Assembly: GCF_000237865.1 (NCBI RefSeq)
Contig: NC_017459.1
Location: 330,001 to 362,000, forward strand
DNA: 32,000 bases
From: Haloquadratum walsbyi C23
GTDB lineage: Archaea > Halobacteriota > Halobacteria > Halobacteriales > Haloferacaceae
Direction of reading: 5' to 3'
The notes under the pieces: model-generated
What the model saw: the letters and a program-made list of their open reading frames with translations, nothing else
Databases searched by the model: none
Told to the model about the DNA's origin: nothing
Part shown: one piece after another, positions 8,920 through 18,369 of the stretch
Position numbering within the stretch: position 1 is the first letter of the stretch
Layout: the number at the start of each line of letters is the position of its first letter
Position numbers and translations under genes: made by a program

Positions 8920-9921
8920 TTAATCGTCAGCAACAGCAGCAGTCGTCTCGCTCTGCAATGTGTCTGGTAGATCTGCGGGCAAACGATCGCGGTTATGTGG
9001 AGTACTGAAATCAATATCAGGACCTGTTGGGACAAGTCGTTTCGGATTCACATCATCGTGGCTAACATAGTAATGTCGCATGATGTGATCAATATTTACT
9101 GTTGATTTAATTCCAGGCAATTGATATAATTCCTTTGTATAATTCCATAAATTCGGATACTCATGGATTGCACGACGATTACACTTGAAGTGGGTATGAT
9201 ACACATGATCAAAGCGAATTAGCGTCACAAACATTGCGAGATCTGCCTCGGTAAGTTTGTCGCCAGCAAGGAATCGCTGGTCGTCAAGAACGTCTTCCCA
9301 ATGATCGAGTGCATCAAAGACCTCCTCAACAGCAGCATTATATGCTTCCTGTGTATCCGCAAACCCGGCGCGATACACACCATTGTTAATTGGGTCATAT
9401 ATCTCATCAATAACGCGATCAACCTCCTCGCGGTAGCCTTCTGGCCACAACTCGACATCATTTGACCCCTCAAAGGCTGTGTTGAGCATCCGCATAATCT
9501 CGCGAGACTCGTTGTTCACGATTGTTTCTGTTTGCTCATCCCACAGCACAGGGACGGTGACACGGCCGGTGAATTCGGGGTCTGCACGAGTGTAGATGTC
9601 CCGGAGATATTCCGCATCGTACAGCGGGTCTGGATAGTCTGTAGAGAACTCCCATCCATCCTCATATCGCTCAGGTTCAACAACTGAAAGAGAGATATCA
9701 TCCTCAAGACCACACAATCGACGTGTCATTGCAACACGATGAGCCCACGGGCATGCTCGGGAGATATATACATGATACCGTCCTGATTCAGCCGGGAATT
9801 CGGCATCTGCATCGGAGACTATCTCATCGCGGAATGACGTCTCTTGTCTGTCAAATTCACCGTCGTCATTCGTCGTCTGATACGCATCAGTTCGCCACTC
9901 ACCATCAACGAGCATATTCAT
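8920..9921 (-). CDS. Xi-class glutathione S-transferase / glutathionyl-hydroquinone reductase-like protein (YqjG/ECM4 family)
   Basis: Diagnostic CPWAHR active-site motif (YISRACPWAHRV). The ~330 aa length and the C-terminal helical GST domain fit the family. Confidence 0.8.
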   Translation of the reverse strand: MNMLVDGEWRTDAYQTTNDDGEFDRQETSFRDEIVSDADAEFPAESGRYHVYISRACPWAHRVAMTRRLCGLEDDISLSVVEPERYEDGWEFSTDYPDPLYDAEYLRDIYTRADPEFTGRVTVPVLWDEQTETIVNNESREIMRMLNTAFEGSNDVELWPEGYREEVDRVIDEIYDPINNGVYRAGFADTQEAYNAAVEEVFDALDHWEDVLDDQRFLAGDKLTEADLAMFVTLIRFDHVYHTHFKCNRRAIHEYPNLWNYTKELYQLPGIKSTVNIDHIMRHYYVSHDDVNPKRLVPTGPDIDFSTPHNRDRLPADLPDTLQSETTAAVADD

Positions 9922-10092
9922 CGATTATCACCTGTGGATGTCAGGAATGTCATTGTATAAATATACGTCTGGATGCGGGTAAGTCGTTCGTATTGATGCC
10001 TGTACGCCACCATTTCATCTAAAAATTGGATATGAACCCAGTTCGCATGTATTTTCGAACGATTTTAGTAGTTGGTAATAACACCAAGTAAT

Positions 10093-11016
10093 ATGTCGTT
10101 TGATGAATTCGCAGATGTCAGCGAGGCACAAGTCACTCGAGCAATTGCAAAGGATTGGGGTAACGAATTTATTGATCGCGTCGACACGGAGGTCATTATT
10201 GTTGGAGGTGGACCATCAGGACTTGTTACAGCCAAGGAACTTGCCGAACGCGGCGTTGATGTAACAATCGTTGAGAAGAACAACTATCTCGGTGGCGGAT
10301 TCTGGCTTGGCGGATTTTTGATGAACAAGGTCACTGTTCGAGATCCTGCCCAGTCAGTGCTTGATGAACTTGATGTTCCATACGAGGAATCAGACGAAGC
10401 GTCTGGATTGTATGTTGCTGATGGTCCACATGCTGTCTCATCACTCATCAAATCAGCCTGTGATGCTGGTGCAGAGGTGCAAAATATGACCGAATTTACA
10501 GATGTGGTCACGCGTGAGAATCATCGCGTCGGTGGCATTGTTCTCAATTGGACACCTGTCCATGCTCTGCCACGTGAACTTACCTGTGTTGACCCCGTTG
10601 CTGTTGAATCCGACCTTGTTGTTGATTCAACCGGTCACGACGCTGTTGTGATTTCAAAACTCTCAGAGCGTGGTGTATTGAATGCACCGGGCATCGAACA
10701 TGCTAATGAACATAACACCGGGATGGACAATACTGCTGATGATGAATACGGTGCACCTGGACACGACTCACCAGGCCATGACTCAATGTGGGTCAGTCGA
10801 TCTGAGGATCAAGTCGTTGAACATACTGGTGTTGTGCATCCCGGTGTTGTTGCGACCGGAATGGCTGTTGCGACTGTTGAGGGACTTCCACGGATGGGAC
10901 CAACATTCGGTGCAATGTTACTCTCAGGGAAACGTGGTGCACAAGCATGTCTCAATGAGCTTGGTCGCGAGGCAACACCAATTGATTTCACCCCCGCAGC
11001 ACCCGCAGACGACTGA
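10093..11016 (+). CDS. thi4: Thiamine thiazole synthase Thi4
   Basis: FAD/NAD fold [11 protein letters not shown] plus GGGFWLGG and [10 protein letters not shown]...TCVDP motifs. Start set at the ATG at 10093 (MSFDEF). Confidence 0.9.
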
Positions 11017-11235
11017 TTGATATGGGTTTCTGAGTAAGCCATGGATACGCATCGGTATTTTCAGTGATTGAGCGTTCGGTAATAGTCAGACTGAGCAATT
11101 CTCATTATCCAATTGCTCATCTCGTGATGACGGCACTTTTCAGATCTCTCACCATTCGAAATCAATATTCCCGCAGGGTGGACAGGATAATTATTCTGAG
11201 GCTTAGCTGTGGATATGGCTGTGACTCCAAACAGT

Positions 11236-12180
11236 TCATCCGCGCATTTCTGGCGCAAGAAGTTCTTGAACGATTTCCACAATTATCTCAGCATCGCCTG
11301 CAAGGATGTATATGATTGGCTCGACACCATATCCACCTGTATGATAACAAACAGCAGGTGTCATATCTGATTGGACGTCGTCGTTATTCCTGATCGATGA
11401 AAATGCGGTCTGGATTGGGTCCGCATCGGCATCGGCATCGGGGTCAAACTCAACGAGTTTATATCCCGCGGTAGAAAGCTGCTCAACCAGATCTGTCTCA
11501 TAGCAAATATTGATTGCACTATTAAATTCAAACCCGTTCTCTCGAGCAGTGAGCAGCACCGATGCAACATGCTCGCTCACACCAAACTCTGGATCTCCTG
11601 GAACAGTTGCATCACCTTTAACATCAAATATTCGCCCAGGGACACCTGCAACATCATCGACAGTAGTCGCATCTGGAAGACATGCAACGAGATTTGAACC
11701 TACGTTTGGAATCAGGTTGGCGAATCCAGTAATATTCGTTAATCGACGAAGTGCACGCCGAAGTGATGAACGAACCTGTTCACTTGTCCGAAGACCTCCC
11801 TCTGGGTCATGAATTCGAGAATACCCGTCGTATTCTTCGAGTTCGGGCATGGACTCCTCATGAAGTCGAGCGATGACTCCACCAGCTTCAAGTCGTCGAA
11901 TCAGTACCTCAGATTCAACAAGTGCTTGAACGCGTGAGATATCTCCTGTTGTAAGCCCTGATCCAATCTGGTCAACGAGCGTCTTGACATCATTATCAGT
12001 TACAACGACATCGCGACGGCTGACATCACCATGTGCATATTTTGAGACTGCACTCTGACTGATACCAAGCGCTTCAGCAACCTCATGTTGGGTGAGTCCG
12101 CGGTCACGAAGGTCCTCTGCTAGCATTGAACGGAATGTTGGAAGGAATTCCTCAACGACTACTTCCTCAATAAATTTCAT
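11236..12180 (-). CDS. HTH domain fused to a ThiN domain (thiamine-phosphate synthase ThiN / ThiR-like regulator)
   Basis: N-terminal XRE-type HTH ([23 protein letters not shown]). The C-terminal COG1992/ThiN-like region includes NLIPNVGSN and GVPGRIF. Convergent with thi4. Confidence 0.75.
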
Positions 12181-12797
12181 GTTGTATTTTCTTTATTATG
12201 CTGTGCTGTATCATCTGTTTGGTCGAACTCTGGGTCCTCACCAATGCGTGATGCCTGCGGTCCAGTTTGATTTTGATATTTTGAATCGCGTGCAGCCCCG
12301 TACGGGCGAGCAGATGGCTGTGTGAGTTCTGTGAACACAAGTTGTGAGACGCGCATGCCAGGTGTGAGCGCAACAGGTGCTGTTCCAAGATTCGATAATT
12401 CAAGCGTGATCTGTCCACAATATCCTGGATCAACGACACCAGCTGTAGCGTGAATCACAACCGCAAGTCGGCCAAGAGATGATCGACCTTCAACCGTCGC
12501 AAGGAGATCTGAGGGAATTTCGACTCGCTCTTTTGTTGTCCCTAAGACAAAATCACCTGGATGGAGAATAAATTCGTCACCTTCGGAGACAATAGTCTCA
12601 GAGACATACTCGGATACCTCCTCTTTGCGATTTGGATGGATACATGAAATGTTTGTTCGCTGAAACTCAAGGAATTCCTCGCCGAGGCGAAGGTCAATAC
12701 TAGCAGGCTGAATCTGCATATCGAGATCATCGATTGGCTCCACAACAAGTTCTTGTGTCTCAAGTCGGGCAAGAATATCATCATCAGAGAGAATCAT
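12177..12797 (-). CDS. dcd: dCTP deaminase
   Basis: MILSDDDIL...[10 protein letters not shown]...[10 protein letters not shown]...DPGY.G.ITLE motifs. The stop overlaps the thiN start (ATGA). Confidence 0.9.
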
Positions 12798-13597
12798 GCA
12801 ACAGCCACCGAAACCGAACTGTTGAAATGATCTTCAGACAAGCATGAAAGACCCCAGAGATCCGAGATGCGCGGCATAGATTTTCTCATAGAACTGAGAG
12901 AGCCGACTGATATTACCCCAAACGTTAATTTAGGATTTTGATGTCTTACATAAATCCGTCCACAGCGCGACTGAGTATTAGTGCTTTTAAACTCTACGTT
13001 AGGTACGAACTGCGATATCATATCTCTCTGTTCAGTATGTCTTGATTTAATCTTTTATCTAAGTTCGAGCATAAAATCCCTTGCTCAAGCAGCGAACAGA
13101 GCATGGCTTGTTCGAGTTATCGGACAGCATTCATGACAATCCTTCGAAGAACACCGGTTTGCAGCATCTCCGTCGTCTGTGATAATGACCGCGACGCGAT
13201 TTGCAAATTAATTCTCAATTCTGGAGGTAACCGGTCTCTATTCGTTATTCTCAGGGAGCGTGGTACGGTGAATTTGTGGTTTATACGTGAGCGGTGAAAA
13301 TTACCGTATCAAGATTTCTCCCGGCTGGTTTTGGAGCCCGGTAACTCAGAAAAAGAAGATTCCTGTAGAGTAATAGTGATCCTAAAACGCTGTTAAATCG
13401 CTGTGCACTTGGTGCACAGCTGTCTTAGTCTGTTATTTTCTTGCTACGTCTTAGTTTTCAAAAGTTCTCTAAGCCATTAACGCAGACGATGGAAGCGAAT
13501 CCGTAGATGTGCGGTTGAATCGTGGGATATTAAACGTGAGTGGGAAGCACAACCCTCCCGTCACTGTTGAGGCATAGAACGGGAGCCCACGCAAAAT

Positions 13598-13634
13598 CCT
13601 CCGAGGCTTTGATGGGACCCGAGACAGTTCACAC
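13598..13634 (-). repeat. Family-1 palindromic repeat, short copy
   Basis: The reverse complement reads GTGTGAACTGTCTCGGGTCCCATCAAAGCCTCGGAGG, the same architecture as 15607-15690. Confidence 0.6.
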
Positions 13635-13822
13635 AAGGATATCAGTATCTTTGTGATTGAAAACTCACATCATCATTGCTCATATAATAAACATACCTGA
13701 AGCTAGCGACACTGCACCGTTGGACTGGGATATGAGGATTCGCAGTCGTTCAGCCGATAATTGTATTATGATATGTGATCCAAGCAGCAACCGATATGTG
13801 GGCGTGGGAGTGACGCGTACAT

Positions 13823-14161
13823 ATGAAACAAGCTATAGTCGCCCGTGCTGATCTAGGAATGGGAAAGGGGAAGCTTGCTGCACAGGTCGCACATGCATCC
13901 TTATCTGCTATTGAGGATACTGGCACAAGATCAGAAAAGCAGTGGAAAGGTGGCGGTCAAAAGAAGATCGTGCTCAAAGCTAATAGTGAAAAGAAATTAT
14001 TTCAATTAGCAGACGAGGCCGAGCGCGATGGAATTCCACACGCTGTGGTACGCGATGCTGGGCATACACAACTTGAACCAGGAACAGTCACTTGCATTGC
14101 TATTGGACCAGATAGCAAGGAAAATATTGACCGTATCACAGGCAGTCTTAGTTTATATTAA
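13823..14161 (+). CDS. pth: Peptidyl-tRNA hydrolase, archaeal Pth2 type
   Basis: [26 protein letters not shown]...[11 protein letters not shown] matches the Pth2 family over its full 112 aa. Confidence 0.9.
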   Translation: MKQAIVARADLGMGKGKLAAQVAHASLSAIEDTGTRSEKQWKGGGQKKIVLKANSEKKLFQLADEAERDGIPHAVVRDAGHTQLEPGTVTCIAIGPDSKENIDRITGSLSLY

Positions 14162-14501
14162 CATAGAGACGCCGTTCACATTTCCTCGATGGTTATTGTA
14201 TCGAGATCACGGTCATTATAGAATACAAGCAGAATACCCGCGTCTTCAGGCTTGCCTCTTACCATAAGTCCACAGCATCCCAACGTGGCGTTTTAGCCGC
14301 TGTTTGAGAGGATCTGAGAGAAATCCTGACGGACTGAGACGCCAACTGGGATTACCGATCGGGTCACAGGGGCTGCTCGAACCGGATAAAACGGTAACAA
14401 CGGTGATTGAGCAGTAATTAAGTATTCCCGGATATATCCCTGATATCACATTTAGCTCTATTTGGCCAAACGACTTACACCATATCCGGTCACAGTAAAA
14501 T

Positions 14502-15599
14502 ATGATGCGAGAGTTGGCGAATGAGTCGGAGTCGGCAGATGGCATATTCCAACAATTGCTGGATGAGCTTGATGATGTTGTAGTCGTCAGAGCCGCTGAG
14601 ACTGGCAAGACTCTTGCAGTGAATGATGCTGTCGAAGATGTTTTCGGGTATACCTCCGCTGAATTTCGTAGCCTCGATATTGCCGATTACACTGCTGGTC
14701 CAAATTCACCAGACGAAGCGCGTGCACAGGAGGCGTATGAAACAGCTCGTAAGGTCGGAAGTGCGACATTCTTATGGCGTGCAGAGCGACATGATGGAGA
14801 CCCGTTCTGGGCAGAAGTTAACGTATCACAAACAATGATTGATGATCAGGAATATCTCGTCAGTGTCATTCGTGACATCACAAAGTACAAAACCCGTGAG
14901 ATTGAGCTAGAACGTCTTGCTAGCGTCCTCAGTCATGATCTGCGGAACCCACTCAACGCTGCAAAAGCGCAGACAACACACTTGAGAGAACAAACGGGAT
15001 GTCAAAACGAGTTTGTTGATCGGCTTGAAGATCTTCATGACCGAATGCTAAATATTGTTGATGATGTTCTGACCGCTGTAACTGAAGATCAACAGATAAC
15101 AGACATAGAATCTATTCATCTTGATTCAATCGTTAACGATGCGTGGAAGACAGTTGGCGGAGATGGGAAATTAAAGCTTAGAGACAATCTTGGGGTAATC
15201 GAAGCCGACAGACACAGACTCCAACGGCTTTTTGAGAATCTTTTTGAAAATGCTATTGTCCACAGTGATGAAACTGTTACTGTGACCGTCTCAAAAATTG
15301 ACGGAGGTATTCTGATTAGCGACGACGGACCAGGTATTCCAGAGGACGATCGCGATCAGGTTCTTAAATATGGGTATACAACAGCTGAGAGCGGTACAGG
15401 GTTTGGATTAAATATCGTTTCGACAATCGCAGACGCACACGGATGGGAACTTACTGTTGGAGAAAGCGTCGATGGGGGAGCACAGTTTAGACTCACTGGA
15501 ATATCGAGAGATCACAGCGATGAAGACAATATAAACCCCACCCGTTCTTCATCAAGTTGGAGTGAGAAAATCGATGATCACTCACATGAACAAGAGTAG
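14502..15599 (+). CDS. Soluble PAS-domain sensor histidine kinase (orphan; no response regulator nearby)
   Basis: PAS/PAC region (residues ~15-130), H-box SHDLRNPLN, and HATPase N/G boxes (FENAIVHS, DDGPGIP, GTGFGL). Confidence 0.9.
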   Translation: MMRELANESESADGIFQQLLDELDDVVVVRAAETGKTLAVNDAVEDVFGYTSAEFRSLDIADYTAGPNSPDEARAQEAYETARKVGSATFLWRAERHDGDPFWAEVNVSQTMIDDQEYLVSVIRDITKYKTREIELERLASVLSHDLRNPLNAAKAQTTHLREQTGCQNEFVDRLEDLHDRMLNIVDDVLTAVTEDQQITDIESIHLDSIVNDAWKTVGGDGKLKLRDNLGVIEADRHRLQRLFENLFENAIVHSDETVTVTVSKIDGGILISDDGPGIPEDDRDQVLKYGYTTAESGTGFGLNIVSTIADAHGWELTVGESVDGGAQFRLTGISRDHSDEDNINPTRSSSSWSEKIDDHSHEQE

Positions 15600-15606
15600 C
15601 TCTGTT

Positions 15607-15690
15607 GTGAACATGCCTCGGGGTCACATCAACATCAATATCAACATCAACATCAAAGCCCCGAGGCAATCGCCTTGATAATCTGTACAT
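15607..15690 (+). repeat. Family-1 palindromic repeat, full copy with a (CATCAA)5 loop
   Basis: GTGAACATGCCTCGGGGTCA-(CATCAA x5, one unit TATCAA, 15627-15656)-AGCCCCGAGGCAATCGCCTTGATAATCTGTACAT. The stem is GCCTCGGGG/CCCCGAGGC. Confidence 0.8.
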
Positions 15691-15774
15691 ATGCTTGGGA
15701 TTCACATCTAAAGGAAACAGCGAGAGTTCCACGGGTCACCTCACCTGACCCGTGGGTGAATCGCGTACACTCAC

Positions 15775-16150
15775 CTAATGGTCCGTCTCCTTCCCTGTCT
15801 CCTTCTTCTCGATGTATCGACGAACCACGTCCTCGGAAACTCCACCCGTCGTCCCGACATCGTAGCCATCCTTCCACGAGCCACTTCCGCAAAAATACCG
15901 CTGTTTGATTTTCGGGTGACCTTTCAGAATCGTTCTGCCCGAGTAGCCTGTGAACTGCTTGGCAATCTTGGCAGGACTCTATTTCGAGTCAGCCTCCACG
16001 AACAACTGAACGTGGTCAGTAGCAATCTCCACTTCCACTTCCACTTCCACTTCCACTGACACAATCTCGTGACCGAACCGTTCAGCAGTCCCTTTGAGCA
16101 ACTCCGCAGGTTCGTCTCGAACTAACTGGTATAATCCTCATTGTGTGCAT
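15775..16150 (-). pseudogene. tnpA: IS200/IS605-family tnpA relic 2, with an internal deletion, an in-frame stop and a (GTGGAA)5 tract
   Basis: The minus strand encodes ...ERFGHEIVSVEVEVEVEVEIATDHVQLFVEADSK*SPAKIAKQFTGYSGRTIL...GYDVGTTGGVSEDVVRRYIEKKE. The HUH motif is present, the YHxVWxxKYRR block is missing, and a TAG stop follows the HUH motif. Confidence 0.7.
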
Positions 16151-16274
16151 GTTTATATTGATGTTGGCGCACGTGTGGATACGATAGCTCCGGAAGCAGG
16201 CACTATTCTGTGTGTCTGTAGAGTATCAATCGGAGCGACCTTGCTGATTGAGTAATAATCAATCTACACTTGCG

Positions 16275-17729
16275 ATGCGCATTTCCCCCTCTCGCGAACA
16301 GACAGTTGGAATTGAGTATTATTATAGTGACACTGATGGGACAGATGGACGACTCCGTGTTCGCCCAGCAGATTTTCAGGTACGAGAGATTGAGACAATT
16401 GAACCAGAGCCAATTGATGCTTCGGTTGGTGATTATCCACACGTATTACTTCGCGTAACGCTTTCTAAGTGGGATACAAACGACTTTGTCCAACAACTAT
16501 CTGATAATCTTGAGATTAGTCGGGAACGAGTTTCATGGGCGGGCACGAAGGACAAGTACGCAATTACTACACAGTTATTTTCTATTGCTCGAATCAATCC
16601 GAATAATAAATCACTTACAGCAATCCCAAATGCTGATATAGAGGTGCTTGGACGGATTGGACGACCGCTTCAGTTTGGAGATCTCGGGGGAAACAGCTTT
16701 GAGATTTGTGTACGGAGAGCGACAGACACCAGTGTTGTTGACGCAATAACCGCTGAATTACATGCATATACCGTGAGCAACAATCACAGTCAAGATGATG
16801 ATACTCAAAGTGTGTATGCCGGAGATGCGAACAAAGTGAGTATCGCATTTCCAAACTACTTCGGTCATCAGCGATTCGGTAGTCGTCGACCAATCACACA
16901 TCGCGTTGGTCGAGCAATTGTTCGTAATGCATGGCGAGATGCAGTATTGCAGTATGTTGCTAATTCCTTCGAGAGTGAGCCCGAGACAACACAGCGAGCT
17001 CGTGAATTTGTGAGTGAGCAAGCTGGGAGTTCTCGCCCAGACTGGGAGGAAGCAATTGAACGAATGCCGAATGCACTCCGGTTTGAACAATCAATGTTAC
17101 ACCGACTGAATGAAGCTAATGCTAACATAGACAGTGATGCTGCAACATGGCGTCATGCACTCATGGCAGTCCCAAAAAACCTTCAGCGGCTCTTCGTCAA
17201 TGCAGCGCAGTCAGACCTATTCAATCGGATCATTAGTGAGCGACTTCGACACGATATTCCAATTCATCGCCCTATCGCTGGTGATATCGTTTGCTTTCAA
17301 GATCAGAATTCACCAACAGAGGTGATACGACCGGATCCAGCGCGAACACAACTTACAACAGAACGTCGTGTTGATATTATGCAACGACATTGTGAGCGTG
17401 GACGGGCATTTGTCACTGCACCGTTAGTTGGAACTCAGACTAACTTTGCAAGCGGTAAACCAGGGGAAATTGAGAAAAGTGTGCTTGCAGAATATGACAT
17501 TACACCGGAGGATTTTGATCTTCCAGGAACATTTGATTCAAGAGGAACACGGCGTGCTATGGCCCTCCAGACAAACATATCTACGAAAGCTGATTGTAAT
17601 ACCGATAGTGATGAACATAATATTGATAAATCCGGGCAAAACTATAGATTAGTATTTACGCTTCCGCCTGGTGCGTACGCAACTGCCGTTCTTCGGGAGT
17701 ATCTAAAGGTTGCCCCGGCAAAATTATAA
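16275..17729 (+). CDS. truD: tRNA pseudouridine synthase D (TruD/Pus7 family)
   Basis: GTKDKYAITTQLFSI (catalytic Asp motif) and FPNYFGHQRFG motifs. The ATG at 16275 is preferred over the upstream TTG at 16248. Confidence 0.85.
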   Translation: MRISPSREQTVGIEYYYSDTDGTDGRLRVRPADFQVREIETIEPEPIDASVGDYPHVLLRVTLSKWDTNDFVQQLSDNLEISRERVSWAGTKDKYAITTQLFSIARINPNNKSLTAIPNADIEVLGRIGRPLQFGDLGGNSFEICVRRATDTSVVDAITAELHAYTVSNNHSQDDDTQSVYAGDANKVSIAFPNYFGHQRFGSRRPITHRVGRAIVRNAWRDAVLQYVANSFESEPETTQRAREFVSEQAGSSRPDWEEAIERMPNALRFEQSMLHRLNEANANIDSDAATWRHALMAVPKNLQRLFVNAAQSDLFNRIISERLRHDIPIHRPIAGDIVCFQDQNSPTEVIRPDPARTQLTTERRVDIMQRHCERGRAFVTAPLVGTQTNFASGKPGEIEKSVLAEYDITPEDFDLPGTFDSRGTRRAMALQTNISTKADCNTDSDEHNIDKSGQNYRLVFTLPPGAYATAVLREYLKVAPAKL

Positions 17730-17751
17730 CTAGAGATATCACATCATTGTT

Positions 17752-18132
17752 GTGAACCTGCCTCAGGGTCATATCCACATCAACATCAAAGCCCCAAGCT
17801 TCCTGCTTCGTCGACAGAACTGACAAACCCACTCTCACTGAGAGAGCCGTTTCAGTGCGCTCCGGTCTCCACAGGTCGTTCGAAAATCGAAGATTTTCGT
17901 GATCACGGGAGACTTCATCTCTCGGATGATGTTGATTTGGACGTCCTATCCCTCTCTGAGTTGGACGGTGCGTGGTGTCTGACCGCCTATGTGATGAGAC
18001 TCTCAGCCAGACACGCTGACCATGACAGTCACTATTTAATTACCAATCGAATTACATATTACGGGTCACTGAGAGGTGTCGGCTTTACCCTTTGGGGTCA
18101 AGCCCCGAGGTAGTCGACTTGACAATCTGTAG
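17752..18132 (+). repeat. Family-1 repeat, 381-bp composite or long form
   Basis: The left end GTGAACCTGCCTCAGGGTCATATCCACATCAACATCAAAGCCCCAAGC and the right end GGGGTCAAGCCCCGAGGTAGTCGACTTGACAATCTGTAG match the two halves of the 84-bp copy. They are separated by ~290 bp of non-coding sequence. Confidence 0.6.
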
Positions 18133-18369
18133 ATTAATTCATCTCAAAGAGCGTGTTTGATAATATCTTTTATGATCATAATCTGTAGGCGCTCAGATCC
18201 CAGCCTCACAGAGCCAAATTCTTCTGATGAAAGGATAGTGGTTCAGCGACGTCTGCAACTATAGAGTGATAAAATAACGAACCCAAGCGCTTGAAACTCA
18301 ATTAAACGACACAATACGCATGTGATGATGAACAACCGTGCTTTTATTTACGCACCAGTTTATATTTGT

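Noticed and set aside
13085-13200. Minus-strand frame encoding a Cys-rich peptide (..CSSKDCHECCP..) resembling a small zinc-finger protein
   Set aside because: A TAA lies immediately upstream in frame, and no ATG, GTG or TTG occurs before the Cys cluster.
14246-14608. 120-aa minus-strand ORF upstream of and overlapping the histidine kinase start
   Set aside because: It is Ser/Thr/Cys-rich low-complexity sequence, overlaps the kinase N-terminus, and has no motifs.
15627-15656. Possibility that the short tandem or interspersed repeats represent a CRISPR array
   Set aside because: The units are 6 nt and directly tandem with no spacers. The larger hairpin repeats are kilobases apart and irregularly oriented.
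15493-15732. 79-aa minus ORF containing DVDVDIDVDV (and the similar ORF at 17656-17838)
   Set aside because: The dipeptide run is simply the translation of the (CATCAA)n loop of the family-1 repeat. Both ORFs run across repeat elements and gene ends.
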